64,000 nt of DNA, taken from contig OX597824.1 in assembly GCA_951406725.2 (NCBI GenBank), forward strand, positions 52,328,001 through 52,392,000. Direction: 5' to 3'. Made by a program: the position numbers and the translations under genes. A model generated the notes under the pieces. The model saw only the letters and a program-made list of their open reading frames with translations, had not been told where the DNA came from and did no database searches. Of the stretch, positions 1 through 13,758 are shown in pieces. This DNA is from Octopus vulgaris. Lineage: Eukaryota. How positions within the stretch are numbered: position 1 is the first letter of the stretch; every line of letters starts with the position of its first letter.

Positions 1-1172
1 ACGTTTTTCATAATAAAACTATTGTATAGGTTGATGTGCCGGGTATACTTACATTGAAACGTTTAGGAATGGCAACAATTTTTGGACAGATGTGGCACGC
101 TCTGGACACCCTGGTGACTTGTTGATAACTTAATGTTATTTACACTCAGGGTTATTTCCCTCGTCTGTCAAAGACTTAGCTAATAAATTTAATTAATATC
201 CTGTTGCCACCCATACACACTACAAAGTCATGGTAAAATCATTGGAAAATCATTATCATGCGTTTTGTCAGTCAATAACCTAAGAGACATTTCACGGCCC
301 TTAACACTTGTCATCCTATAGCTACATATTTATTTAATCATGAATATAAATAAACATTACTCCACCACCACCACCACTACCATCACCACCATCACTAAAG
401 TGCATGAAAATGAGAAAGTCCACAGCCAAATATCTTTTAGGCATCAGAAGATTTACTATGTAATTTTGTATTTTCTTCAGATATACAACCTATGAGACTA
501 TATGATACTGTATCATGCCTAGTATTGCTGAGAAGATAGATTGGAGTAAAAACCTAAGTAAAATGTTAAGGTTACCGAAATAAGATTATGCATTATCATG
601 AACCTTCTGGCACTATCTTCAGATGTATTGAATGTTAATCTATAATTGAAGTGCAATTATACAATTGCTATAACATTAAGGTCGACTGGTGATTGCATGG
701 AAACGACAGGAAAAATCAACCTTTTCTTAACTGGGCGCGGGACTGTATTCCACACTTCATACTAATAATCGACCCTTTAAAACTATGACTACTACTGACA
801 ATAAGGATTTCTAACATTGGCGGAGTGCCATTCATTTTAACCGAAGGAAAACTGGTTAAATCATCCCCAATAATCACACTAGTTTCATTGATCCTGAATG
901 GGTGAAAAACCAAACTGATTTTAACGAGATTTGGACTCAGAACGCATACACATGTAGCTAAATATCGTAAGCAGTTTGTTAGGCATTCTACCGATCCTCC
1001 CACCCACTGACATATACTTTTGCATATGACGGACAGAATATCTAAACACATTATTTTCATACTATATATATATATATATTACACACATATGCATACTTGT
1101 CATTCTCCATACGTACACACACAGAGACACACACAGACACACGTCTTATATTTATTTGCTTCAGTCCTCGAA

Positions 1173-1251
<79 letters not shown>

Positions 1252-1297
1252 ATACATACACAACTGTGTATATGGATGCGTGTGCATATATATATAT

Positions 1298-2597
1298 GCC
1301 CAATTTCCGGAAGAAATACCAAAAAGAATCAGTAAAGAATTCATAACTAAATCGGTTGAATTCATCCTACAAAATAACCACTTCATGTTTGACAATACGT
1401 TTTACCGACAAAAATCCGGAATTGCTATGGGTACTAGGGCAGCACCAATCATTGCGAACCTAACAATGGACTACCTGGAGGTAATAATATACCAGGAATC
1501 ATTATCTACCTTTGGAAACTACCTTTCCCAATACATAAAAGAAAATTGGAAAGGTTTCCTAGACGACTGCTTCATACTCTGAAATGAAACCACATATAAA
1601 CTCCTGAAATTCAAAAGACTATTGAACAGCGTCAACCCAAACATACAGTTCACCAAAAGGGGCTCCCATTCTTAGATATACTAATTAAAAATATAAACCT
1701 AAAAATAGAAACAGACATATTCTACAAAACCACGAACGCCAAACAGAATCTGCTATTTAATTCATGTCACCCAAGACACACCAAAACAAACATCCCCTTC
1801 AACTTTGCAAGAAGACTATGCACAATAGTGTCAGAACAAAATACCAGAAACTTTAGACTGCAAGAACTCAAAAACACCCTAATTGACAGACACTACCCAG
1901 TCCAACTCATAGAGGATGGAATCAGACGTGCAACACAAATCGACATAGAAACCTTAAGAATAGTTCAACACAGCAGCACACCTTCTCCGAAAATACTGCC
2001 GTACATATCCACATGCAACCCCAGAAACAAAAGAAGCCTTCACCATCATCACCCAAAATTTATCAATGCTACATAAGGACACCAAATTAAAGGAAATTTT
2101 ACACATACATAAAATCATTAAAAGCTACAAACAACCTAAATCACGAACAAAGATCCTCACAAAGGTAAAATTATTTTCTAAAATAACGGATGCAAAAGTT
2201 AAAAAATGTGGTAGACCAAATTGCACAGCATGCCCAAACTTTCTAGAAGGATCAGAATTCCTTTTCAAAGAGGGACAAAAATTCAAAATCTGACTATACT
2301 TGTGCTTTAGAAAACCTGATTTATGTCATAAGATGCTCGGGCTGCCACCAAAACTACATAGGATTCACGGGATTATCACTCAGATGCAGATGCACTCTGC
2401 ATCGACAGCAGATTGCATTCCCAGAATATAGAATGATACCCTTTAGTGAACATATTGAGAAATGTGCAAAGCAACTGCTACCACAATTTGTAATCTTTCC
2501 ATTCTATCAATGTGCTATTGGAACCCCAACACAAGTTAGATTAAACAAGGAAACATTCTTCATTGAAAAATATAAGCCAAAATTTAACCATTTCTAA
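1298..2597 (+). mobile_element. Penelope-like element (PLE), 5'-truncated; disrupted RT plus GIY-YIG endonuclease
   Basis: RT motifs NNHFMFDNTFYRQKSGIAMGTRAAP and WKGFLDDCFIL, then PFLDILI and SCHPRHTK. These are followed by a CGRPNCTAC linker and NLIYVIRCSGCHQNYIGFTG (GIY-YIG, about 2313-2372), ending at TAA 2597. Several stops and frameshifts. Confidence 0.9.
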
Positions 2598-2988
2598 CAT
2601 TTTTAAATAAGGAAACTCACCTCATTGAAAAAATATAAAGCAAAACCTAACCACTTGTAACATTCTATTCCTTCTAAACCAAATCATGTTAAATTAATCA
2701 AGCCTAGTCATTCCCAACATCTTTGATTATCTCCCTTATACTGGAAAAGATCCCTGATTACCTTCCCCTGCCTGGAACTCCATATTTCACAACATAGCGA
2801 ATACATGACAAGATATAGGTAAAGAAATTTGAGAAATTTGAAAGGAAAATACGAAACCAGTTATTTCTCCAAAAACTATGTCACTATACACAACATTTTA
2901 TAACATTTCTCTAACATAACGATTTAAATATATTCTTTAACTATATAACACAAGCCTTCTGTAGTTTCTTCATTCTTTTTTGTCTTAT

Positions 2989-3048
<60 letters not shown>

Positions 3049-3049
<1 letters not shown>

Positions 3050-4090
3050 CTCTCTCTATATAAAACTGAGCATGTGTGTCTGTCTGTCTGTGTGTTTCCC
3101 TAAAACTTGAGAACTACATTCAAATTTCATTCAAATTTCATTCAAATTTTACACATGCCTTACTTAGGGTCCATGTAGTTTCATGGGCAAAAAATGTTCA
3201 ACTTCTTGCCTAGAGCGAGCCCATAGCAATATCATATCTTCTCCACTATTTCAGTATTACGTGTTAAAAGTGAAACAAAAACATTTCTCTATTTTATGTC
3301 AGATACTTTCACTTTAACAGTAAAAATAATAATAACAATTGAATTATATGTAGTAAGTAATGATTAAAATCAAACTAAAGTATAATATAATCGTAGCATA
3401 ACAAAAGTAAAAATAGCAATTGGTATAAAATTGCATCAATGACTTGAACTTGAATAAGTGGTTTCACATGAATGGGAATAAATTAAAAATAAAATTAGCG
3501 TGCAGAAATGGAATAGTCCCGATGGATAATAAAAAATTGAATTAAAGAAAAGACTATTGTCTATAAAGTATACAATGTAGAGAAAAAGAAGATTTGAACA
3601 CCTGGAGGAAAGCACCATCGAAAAGTGTCTTGGTGCGACTATGAAAGATATTTAACCAGAGGCGGTAAATTCGCCACAATAGAAGCAAGGTTCGAGTCAA
3701 CGGAGCGTGCAAGGGGTTACTGGACTCGAACTTGCAAAGTGGAAATATTTTATTTTTACCTTTATATCTGGGACGTAGGACGTACCGGATAAAAATTAAA
3801 AAGGACCCCCCACCAGAAGTTGAGGTAGGCTGGATTGTATCCACACTTCTATACAAGAGGGAGGACAAGATACAATTGATCGAAATTGCAAGAGACGGGC
3901 TTACAATTCCAGTCTGTTATATATTTTGAGTATTGTTATCACTAGCGATATCAAGATATAACTTTGTATTTTGTATTTTATGTGTAGATGTATATATATA
4001 GATGTACATGTAATATGTACACATATATATATACACACATATATACATACACTAGCACTATGACCCGACAACGACGGGTCATAATGCTAG
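3049..4090 (+). mobile_element. Non-autonomous Helitron
   Basis: Begins A|TC (TCTCTCTCTATATAAAA...TGTGTGTCTGTCTGTCTG). Ends with the hairpin TATGACCCG-acaacga-CGGGTCATA then CTAG|T at 4090, the canonical Helitron termini in an A|T target. Confidence 0.8.
3548..3900 (+). pseudogene. Fragment of a Tx1/L1-type ORF1 inside the Helitron
   Basis: LQSGNILFLPLYLGRRTYRIKIKKDPPPEVEVGWIVSTLLYKREDKIQLIEI resembles LRTDEVVLLPI*RTSKINISNIPPEVNVD*LVAALTLGLEENITLLEA, which lies upstream of the Tx1 ORF2 at about 52850-52995. Confidence 0.6.
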
Positions 4091-4544
4091 TTATTATATA
4101 AGTAAATTTTTGCACAACTAATATATGAACGATTTAAAACGTAGTCCCAGTGTTATCACTATCTTCAAAGTTATTTGTTAGACTTCTTGAATTATTTCTT
4201 TTATTTTTCAGTGAAATGTTCACTATTTTTTTTTTTATCTCTTGTGCAATTTGTTCTTATGCTGTTTTTTCATGTTCTTTGCTGTTGCAATATTTAATTT
4301 TTACAGCATGCGTATATATAAAGTATTTTGATGTAGCGAGATAAAATATAGCCTATAAAAGCAAGTTTTTTGCCTGCTGCTGTCAGGTATCGACGCATCC
4401 TATGGTAATTAGAATCCTTTTTGGCAAATACTAGAAATAAATTTTCATTTGTATTGCCTAAAAATAATTTCATCACAGAGAAGAAAATTCGTCTCTACAC
4501 CATGAAAATCAACATTATCAACAACAGCAACAACAATAATTATA

Positions 4545-4690
4545 ATCGTTTCTGCTACAGGGACGGGGATGGGAAAGTCGATCATATCGACCCCAGTACT
4601 TGACTGGTACTTAATTTATCGATCCCGAATTGATGAAAGGTTAAAGCCCACCTCGGTAGCATAGATGTAAAGCAGGCCGTTGAAGTAGAT
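4545..4690 (-). mobile_element. SINE family B (MetaSINE-like core), partial
   Basis: AGTCGATCATATCGACCCCAGTACTTGACTGGTACTTAATTTATCGATCCCGAA..GATGAAAGG matches the other family-B copies. Confidence 0.7.
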
Positions 4691-5520
4691 TATGAGATGG
4701 TTTGTCTTTTCTCGATCACCAGCCTCCACGAACAGCTGAGTAAATTCTTGCAAGAAAGTTGCACATATATGCATGGACTCCCTCAAGGACACGCTCATTC
4801 TGATCCGTCAAAAATCAAATTGTGAGTTCTTTGCCTCACCGCATCTCCACAGTCGCACCCCACCATCTATTGATTATTATCCTTTCACGTTTTGGAACGT
4901 GTCTTATCCTTTGAAAACGTAATTTTCGATTTTTGCTTTGAAGAAATGGTTAAGGTTACTTCTCGATGCCTTCCCTGATTGCCTTTTCCATTTAAGAAGA
5001 ATATATTATCGGTACTACTGTTTTGCAAATCCAATATCCTAAAAATGAAATAATAATAACGATGAACTGATGACGGTGATGAGGATAACGGCAACGACGA
5101 CGATGGTGGTGGTGATACAGACCATGATGATAGCCATAATGGTAGTGGTAGTAGAGGTGATGATTCATTCGTGTTCTACTTTTATGTTAAAGTGCTTCCA
5201 TGCAGTCGATATATGTTATCACCTAGAAAAGCCATTCAAATAATTCTAATCATAGTTTCGTTGTATTATAATATCAAAATGTTTAGGCTTCACCATAATT
5301 TCCTATCTAAGACGCATGTTTCCTTTTGCCACCGCTAGCATCGTTTCAAAGAAAATTCTGTAGATATTAAATTTGAGAAAAGAACAGCTGATGGCATTGA
5401 TCAACACATTCCTAGATAAACGATCAAGAAACACGAACAGTGGCTGAACGTTGGGGAAAAAAATGAACAGCGAAACCAGGTGCTGTGAATCACTTGTAGA
5501 AATTAAATGTAATTCTTAGA

Positions 5521-5555
<35 letters not shown>

Positions 5556-5934
5556 ACAGTATTTTTTTCTGATATGACACACATGTTTAGTATTTTAGGA
5601 TAGGGATGATGGAAGAGTGATATCCTTTCTCCTAATCTCAGTAACATGTTGAACTAAACTAGGCATATCCTATTTGCAGGCCACGTGAAATATTGTTAAT
5701 CATGAATATTATAGCACACAGAAAGTCAAAAGGGCTACATGCAACCCTCGGGTCCCAGTTTCTTCATGTCCTGATTAAAGTAAGCTGAGAAAATGTTTCT
5801 CTTTGTCACATAACTACCTGAGATGTCCCCACTATGTTATTATACTTACTGAAGTAATGTATCGTCAACTTCATTTCAAAACACAGTACTTATTTCATTG
5901 ACACTGAAACTGATGAAATAAAACCTCAAATATC

Positions 5935-6126
5935 TTTTCTATCTGTATCAGTCATTAGACTGCGGCCATGCTGGGGCTACGCCTTGAAGAATTTTACTCG
6001 AATGAATCAGCTTTTTTTAAAGCTTGATACTTATTCTATCACTCGCTTCTGCCGAACCCTTAAGTTACAGGAGTGTAAACAAATCAACACCTGTTGTCAA
6101 GCGGTGCTGGGGGACAAACACACACA

Positions 6127-6201
<75 letters not shown>

Positions 6202-6283
6202 GATGGGCTTCTCTCAGTTACCGTCTCCTAAATCCACTCACAAAGTTTTGGTCGGCCCGAGGCTATAGTAGAAAACACTTGCC
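5935..6283 (-). mobile_element. SINE family A (tRNA-derived, internal microsatellite), head truncated
   Basis: Family-A blocks CAGTCATT.GACTGCGGCCATGCTGG, GTTGTCAAGCG, (CA)n and CCACTCACAA..GGTCGGCCCGAGGCTATAGTAGAA, which recur more than 10 times in the window. Confidence 0.85.
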
Positions 6284-6776
6284 CTGCAGCCATGTTATTT
6301 AGATGCCATCTTTATACCACACACCTAGGATCAATGAGCAGCTTACTAAAAAACAAACAAAGCTCCATCGCTAGAACTTTGAATTACATCAATGCATGTT
6401 GAATTTTAGAAAGTCCTGCATATTTTTATTGTTAAACATACAGGTTGTACTTGTATTGTGTGTGCTGGGTTGTCTCGTTCTTTGCCTGAAAATCCTAGCC
6501 TTTTCACATTTTGAATTAGACATTTTGAAAAGTGGCAAAATTCGCCAAAACCATTGGTGTAAATGTGAGGACCAGCCCTGGAAGTAGATATCGATAAATA
6601 TTCCTTACTCTTCACTCGGATATTGGAAGAGATGTTAACAGCAACTGCCTTTTTTGACGACGTAGGGCTTTTCTTTGCTGTGCTCTATAACAATATCAGA
6701 CATGTTTTGATTGAGCTTGTTCTCCACCGATATGCTTTGTGTTGATATGTATGTATTTAATTTCAGAATCATAACA

Positions 6777-6916
<140 letters not shown>

Positions 6917-6917
6917 A

Positions 6918-9600
6918 GTTTCTTTATTGGCCACACAGGGCTGCACACAGATGGGACAAGTTACAAGGTAGAGCTTTTCTTTTGGGGGATGAAAAAAACA
7001 AAAAACAAAAGAAAAAAAGGGGTGGCGTAGGTTTTCGATCAAGAGGGATCGTAAAAGGGAAGAAAAGAACAAAAAAAATAAATAAAAAATAAATAAATAA
7101 AATAAAAATAAAAGAATAAAAAGAAAAAAGAAAAAAGAAAAGGAACAAAAGAAAAGAGAAATGAAAAAAGAAGAAAAAAGGGGCAAAAAAAGGGGAAGAG
7201 GAAAAAAAAGAACGATCAATAGGGATCGTGTATCACAGTGTTATGATATATGGTGTAAAGGGGAAAGCAAGTAAGGTTTATTCGTGGGAAGAAAAGCCTA
7301 CTAAAAAGACCACGGTATCCTTGGTCAATATTGTTATATGTTACCACATTTGTTTGCAAGTGGGTAACCCTCTGTTTTCAATTTCTGGGTTCATAGGATT
7401 ATGCTCAAGGTGGCTTCGTCATCCTTGCTACATTCACCCATCTTTTTTTAAAACATTCGCTAGACAAAACTTGCCTCTCTGCTCTCACTTTCCTTTTCAA
7501 GTGGTACTTGAAGAAGTTGATGAGAGATTGACCAGAGAGGAAAGTGTTTGTCTCCAATCCTTTCAGACGCGTCCACCAGATACATTCTTTCGCCATAGCC
7601 ACAAGGATAATGAAAATAGCTCTTCCTTCCCGTTTGAAGGAAGGAGGCGTGACAATATTGACGATAGACTCAGCTGATAAACCGACTCGTCCCACACGTG
7701 ACAGCAGTTGTTCGACACAAGCCCACAAGTCGGAAATTGTTGGACACTGCACGAGTGCATGCAGAACGGTTTCGTCGCTCTGACCGCATCTCGGGCAGGT
7801 CGGCCCCGTGTTTCGCGAGCCGTGTCTGTAGAGCTTATTCCTAACGGGTAGCGCTTCTCGGTAACACTGCCAGGCCAGGGATCTCTGGAAGTTGTCCATG
7901 GGCCCTGGCCCGAAAGTCGTCCTGAACAGGCGGGTCAGGTACTCCTCGTCGACGTCCAGGTTCGCCCCGAGCTCGTCGTCGTACCTCCCCTCCACTAATC
8001 CCCTATAGAATGCTTTGGTTGTGTTGAAGTCACTCAAGATCGACCCAGGACGGCAGAGTTGCTTGAGAGCAACGCGACACTCGCGGTGCCATACGCCCTT
8101 CCTCGGCCTCTTTTTGATCCACGACTGCAGTTCGGTCATGGAGACGAGCTGCGGGAAAGCGTGCCTCACAAACGGCGACCACACCTGTTCACCGTCGTCT
8201 ACATAGAGCCAGAGATGTCGCAGTCTCAGCGCGTGTCTGCGCATCATCAACCACGGCATGCCCAGCCCTCCTTTTAACGGGTGTTGACAGCAAATGGATC
8301 GCCTGACCATCGGAACGCATCCTTTCCACAAGAAGCGAAAGAGAATGCGTTGTAGTTTGGTGATAGTAGGGTCGGGACAAGGTACGACGGTCAGGCGGTA
8401 GTAGATGACGGACGCGATGTACGTGTTCGCCACCTCCGCCCGACCTTTTAGGGACAGTTTCCTCTCGGCCCATTGCCGGGCGAGAGTGACCACCCTACTC
8501 GTTATCTCGTTCCAGTTCTTCTCCACTTGGAGGTCCGGACCAAACCAGACCCCGAGCAACTCAACCGGGCCGTCGGTCCAGCGTCCCACGACGGAGGCGC
8601 TGGTGGACGGCATGGGCTTGCTTCTCCAGGTGCCTAGTCGCAAGCCCACTGACTTTTCCCGGTTGATTTTCGCTCCTGTCACCGCTTCGTAGTTTTTCAG
8701 TGTCTCGCCGACCTGCTCGATGTGCTCGTGGCTAGACACTATGACGGTGACGTCGTCCGCGTATGCAGACACGCTCGTCCCGCATCCCAGTTCTCGCGGG
8801 ATGACGCTCAAAGTTGCCAGCTTCCGCAATAATGGCTCGAGAGTCAATACGTATAGAAGCGACGAGAGGGGGCATCCCTGACGGACCGAACGTGCGATGT
8901 CGAAGGGTCTCGATAGATGTCCATTCACGCGAATTACCGAACGGATGCCTCTGTACAAAGCGGCTATCCAGGCGCGGAAGACGGGACCGAAGCCAGCCGC
9001 TCTGAGGACCGCCTCCAAGTATCGATGGTCTACCCTATCGAAAGCTTTCGATTGATCCAAATTGATCAGCGCCCCACCCATGCCAGGTTCGTTAACTACC
9101 CTGTCTATGATGTAGCGCATCAGGTGGAGGTTGTCATGGATGGTCCGGCCTGGCACGGCGCATGTTTGCGCCTTGTCGACCAGTTTCTCGATGACAAGCG
9201 CCAACCTCTTGGCTAGCACCTTGGCCAAAATTTTCAAGTCTGCATTAAGCAGAGTGATGGGCCTAAAGTTATCTATTACATTTCCCTTGTTTAGATCTTT
9301 CTTCAGCAGTGTTACGGCTCCTCGGCTCACAAAACCAGGAATGCTCCCGTTTTGCTACCAGTTGCAGTACACCGCCACCAAGAGATCTCCAAACAAGTCT
9401 GGCATACAATTGTAAAGCTCGTAGGGTAGACCATCCAAACCCGGTGATTTGTCCCTCGAGCATTCTGCCATCGCGTCCTGCACTTCCGCCGCCGTGATGG
9501 CACCTTCGCAGCACCCTGCCTTTCTTGTCGAGAGTCGTGGTAGGCCACTGAAGTCCACCCTACGTTCTTGCCATCCACTCGTCCCGAACAGTCGGGCAAA
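6918..9600 (-). mobile_element. Tx1/L1-clade non-LTR retrotransposon copy 1, 5'-truncated, inserted in (GATA)n
   Basis: Contains the RT ORF, a T-rich 3' UTR and AATAAA (6928-6923). (GATA)n abuts both ends. Confidence 0.92.
7405..9558 (-). pseudogene. Tx1-type ORF2 (RT plus C-terminal CCHC zf-RVT); no endonuclease domain, one in-frame stop at about 9357
   Basis: KSPGLDGLP, NFRPITLLNADLKILAK, LDQSKAFDRVDH, SVRQGCPLS, AYADD, GGLG and CPRCGQSDETVLHALVQC. ORFs 9558-9355 and 9330-7405 are in the same frame. Confidence 0.93.

Positions 9601-9675
<75 letters not shown>
9601..9675. repeat. (GATA)n at the 5' end of Tx1 copy 1
   Basis: Directly visible. Confidence 0.95.
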
Positions 9676-9676
<1 letters not shown>

Positions 9677-10214
9677 AATTAATCTGGGATTAATTTTATG
9701 CGTATAGTCGAGTGGCCTTTCTCTAGATGTGACCAACAATAGGTATGTACGTAGTATTAACAACACGGTCCCAAATGTGGAAACACACAATTGTGCGTTT
9801 CAGATGAGATCTGTAGAATGTCAGCAGTTGATAATGAGCGAATTGTTTTTTTGGACCAGAAGAAAAGAGCCAAACAATTGGAGCAAGTGCAGAAACTATT
9901 GGATGTTCCTCATGTTTAAGGATTCGGGTATGATGATATCTGATATGAGAAGCAATTATGGATACTTGTTGTTGAAAAAGGCAAGATTGATACGGTTACA
10001 TTGAAGGAAGTGTCCGAGGTATGACATGATTCTGAAGTCAGTGCAGGTTTGATACGTCGCTGATCAGTTATTCGTGGACGATGTTTTGATTTTAGAGCGG
10101 ACCACGTCGGATGTGCCGGCATAGGATACTAATTAATGTTGCTAGAATTTGTTCTTAAATTGAATATCAATGATTCCAGCAAAATTAATAATATTTTGGT
10201 TACATGCGATGGGA

Positions 10215-10372
10215 AGGCGACGAGCTGACAGAATCGTTAGCACGCCGAGTAAAATGCACAGCAGCATTTTTTCCATTTTTACGGTCTGAGTTCAAATTCC
10301 GCGGAGGCTGACTTTGTTTTTCATCTTTTCAGAGTAGTTAAAATAAGTACCTAAGTACCAGTTGAGTACTGA
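10215..10372 (+). mobile_element. SINE family B (MetaSINE-like), partial
   Basis: GGCGACGAGCTGACAGAATCGTTAGCACGCC...GAGTTCAAATTCC (B-box-like)...AAAATAAGTACC. Confidence 0.75.
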
Positions 10373-10624
10373 ACATAATGCTCTGTGTTCCAGGGAGTAG
10401 GCTTTCTCGTACCTCTTCTTGTAACCTTCCTCTCTCTCTCGTAACCCCTGTTGCACTGAACCACCCCTTAGTCGGTTCCCAGTCCTTCCACCCTGATCAC
10501 CGTCTCGCTGGAATCTCCTCATGCTCACGTCTTTCCTGCTGGTAATTACCTGCAACAATTTAAACAGATCAAGCATATTCATCTCCGTCGTTTCCGTCAC
10601 ACTCAGCAAATAAAACTAAAGAAA

Positions 10625-10699
<75 letters not shown>

Positions 10700-11635
10700 T
10701 GCATTCATTCAGTTGTTTAGCCAGCTGAGTTCCTCTTCGTTAAATTAGCTTATAAGAGGTTCAGTATTCCACTCACAGAGGTACACTTAACGTGTATCCT
10801 TAAGGTTGACCCTATATATCAAATGTAGAAAACTAATTTCTATCACCTGACTATTAGCTTTATGCTAATAGTTATTTATATTTATGCGATATTTACAATA
10901 TCTATCCTATGTTGGTTTGATATATCAGTAGTAGTAATGTCGGTACTTACCTCTTAAGGTAGATATCGGCACTACTACTAATTAGAGTTATAAATTCTTA
11001 GTTCGAATCCAGTCAGGGATAATGTACACATCTAGAATTGTTCTACAGATTTTGAAATTCGAGGGCAACGATCTCGATAATTACAGTGCATATTTCAGTT
11101 TATTGGTTGGGAATACGCACTCACACCCTACTACACACCTACACCTATACACACACACACTCACACACATACCTACCCACACATACATACACATACGCAC
11201 GTGTGCGCGCGCACACACACACACACACCCGCACACACGCGCACACAATACACATACCTACACACACTCCGATTCAGTTTATTGGTTGGAAAATCATTAT
11301 ACGGTGTGAAAGATCTTTCTAACGGACATTGTTGCAACATACGGATCCCTTCTCATCTCTAAACATTCATGAATCCTCAAACAGCATTTTTTTGCCGGAG
11401 AATATCAACTTAATACTGCCAACTAACGAATTTCACGTCAGTTATTCAATGACCTCGCTTGCTTCCACTCATGGCGCATTTTCACCCTTAGTTTTATCAA
11501 AACTATTGATTATCGACGGATGCCACTAGTGCTTGTTTGTCTATCCAATCAGCTATTCTTCAAGCCTTGTCAAGTCCCCGTTTATTTACGTGTAATCTGC
11601 TCATTCTTACTACTCTATACTCCTCTCCACACACC

Positions 11636-11681
11636 AGTCTGTCCGTCTGTTTGTCTATCTGTCTGTCTGTTTGTCTGTCTG

Positions 11682-11749
<68 letters not shown>

Positions 11750-11783
11750 CCTATCTATCTATCTATCTATATATCTATCTATC
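11636..11783. repeat. (TGTC)n(TATC)n microsatellite at the 5' end of Tx1 copy 2
   Basis: Directly visible. Confidence 0.95.
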
Positions 11784-13758
11784 TGGACTTTAGTGCCTAC
11801 CTGCATGGCCTGCCACGACTCTCAGCAAGAGAGGCGGAGTGTTGTGAAAGATCCATCACGGCCGCGGACGTACGGGATGCGATAGCAGGCTGCGCGGGAG
11901 ACAAGACTTGGATGGTCTGCCCTATGAGCTCTATTGTCACTTGCCAGACTTGTTTGGAGGTGTCTTGGCAGCAGTCTACTGCAACTGGCAGCAAAACGGA
12001 AGTATCCTCGTTTCTATGAAGAGAGGAGCAGTGGCACTGTTAAACAAAGATCCAAACAAGGGGAACGTCATAGATAACTGCAGGCCCATCACTCTGCTGA
12101 AAGCAGATTTGAAGATTTTGGCCAAAGTGCTAACCGGGAGGTTGGCGCTTGTCATCGAGAAACTGGTCAACAAGGAGCAAACATGCACCGTGCCGAGCAG
12201 GAATATCCATGACAACCTCCATTTGATGCGTTACATCATAGATTGGGAACCTGGCATGGGTGGAGCGCTAATCAATTTGGATCAATCAAAAGCTTTCGAT
12301 AGAGTCGACCATCACTACTTGGAGGCTGTCCTTAGAGCGGCTGGTTTCGGTGCTATCTTCCGCGGTTGGATCGCTGCCTGAAACAGTGACATCCGCTCGG
12401 CAGTTTGCGTAAATGGTTACCTGTCCAGACCATTTAACATCACGCGTTCTGTCCGTCAAGGATGCACCCTCTCGTCGCTTCTGTATGTATTAACTCTAGA
12501 GCCACTATTGCAGAAGCTGGCGCCGCTGAGTCGTATCCCGCGAGAACTGGGATGCTGTAGGAGCGTGTCTGCATACGTCACCCGGCATATCGACCTGGTC
12601 GGCGAGACACTAAAAGAATACAAAGCGGTAACGGGAGCGAAAATTAACTGGGAAAAGTCAGTGGGCTTGCGGCTCGGCACCCGGAGAAGCAAGCCCATTG
12701 CCGTCCAAGAACGTCTCCATCGTGGGACGCTGGACCGACGGACCGGTTAAATTGCTAGGGGTCTGGTTCGGACCGGACCTCCAAATGGAGAAGAACTGGG
12801 ACGAGATAACGAGTAGGGTGGCCATTCTCACCCGGCAACGGGCCGAGAGGAAGCTATTCCGCAACCCTACCGTCCGGGACCAAACTTATGCGACTTCAAT
12901 TCCACGAAGGCGTTCTATAGAGGATTAGTGGAGGGGAAGAGCGACGACGTTCTCGGGGAGAATCTGGGCGTCGACGAAGAACACCTGACCCGTCTGTTCA
13001 GGACAACTTTCTGGCTGGGACCTATGGAGAATCACCAGAGATCCCTGGCCTGGAAGTGCTATCGGGTAGCATTGCCCGTTCGAGATACACCGGACCGACT
13101 TGCCCGAGATGCGGTCAGAGCGATGAAAACGTTCTGCACGCATTCGTGCAGTGTCCAACCATTTCGGACCTGTGGGCTTATGCCGAATGGCTGCTACTGT
13201 CACATGTGAGACGAAATCGGTTGTCGGTCGAGTCTATCGTGAAAATTGCCCCGCCACCTTCTCTTAAGCGAGAAGGCAATGCAGTTTTCATCGTACTGGT
13301 GGCCATGGTGAAAGAATGTGTGTGGTGGACTCGAGCGAAAGATTTAGAGACAAACACTTTCGTCTCTAGCCAATAGTTCATCAACTTTTACATGAAAAGG
13401 AAGGTAAGATAGAGAGGAAAGTTTTGTCTCATGAAAGATGCGATAAAAGGTGAGTGAATGTAGCAAAGATGGTACCCTCGAATGACGAAACCACTTTGAG
13501 CATGATCCTGTAAATCCAAAAGAGGGAGAGAGAGAGAACACTTTGCTCTCATGTGTTTTTTCCCTCCTTGCCTGAGGTTACGGTAGTCTTTTTCGTAGGA
13601 TTTTATTTCCACGGACAAACCTAATCTGTTTTTTACATTTTTATTCTGTTCTGATACACGATCCCTTTTGATCAGAATTTTTTCCTCCTCTTTTTCTACG
13701 AAAAGTAAACCTCTACATTGTATTCGTCCCCTCTGTATTCGGCCTTGTGTGGCTTAAT
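11784..13758 (+). mobile_element. Tx1/L1-clade copy 2, 5'-truncated, decayed, internal deletion at about 12856
   Basis: DGLPYELY, RPITLLKADLKILAK, LDQSKAFDRVDH and CPRCGQSDENVLHAFVQC are clearly homologous to copy 1. Same 3'-terminal motif, followed by degenerate TATC/TGTC. Confidence 0.92.

Noticed and set aside
716-1060. 114-aa minus-strand ORF
   Set aside because: No recognisable domain; it overlaps a decayed family-B SINE fragment at about 880-945.
7228-9497. Plus-strand ORFs overlapping Tx1 copy 1
   Set aside because: They are antisense shadows of the GC-rich RT ORF.
10410-10550. Possible minus-strand host exon (TTGTTGCAG|G ... AG|GTACGA)
   Set aside because: No recognisable peptide and no partner exons; it cannot be supported without RNA-seq.
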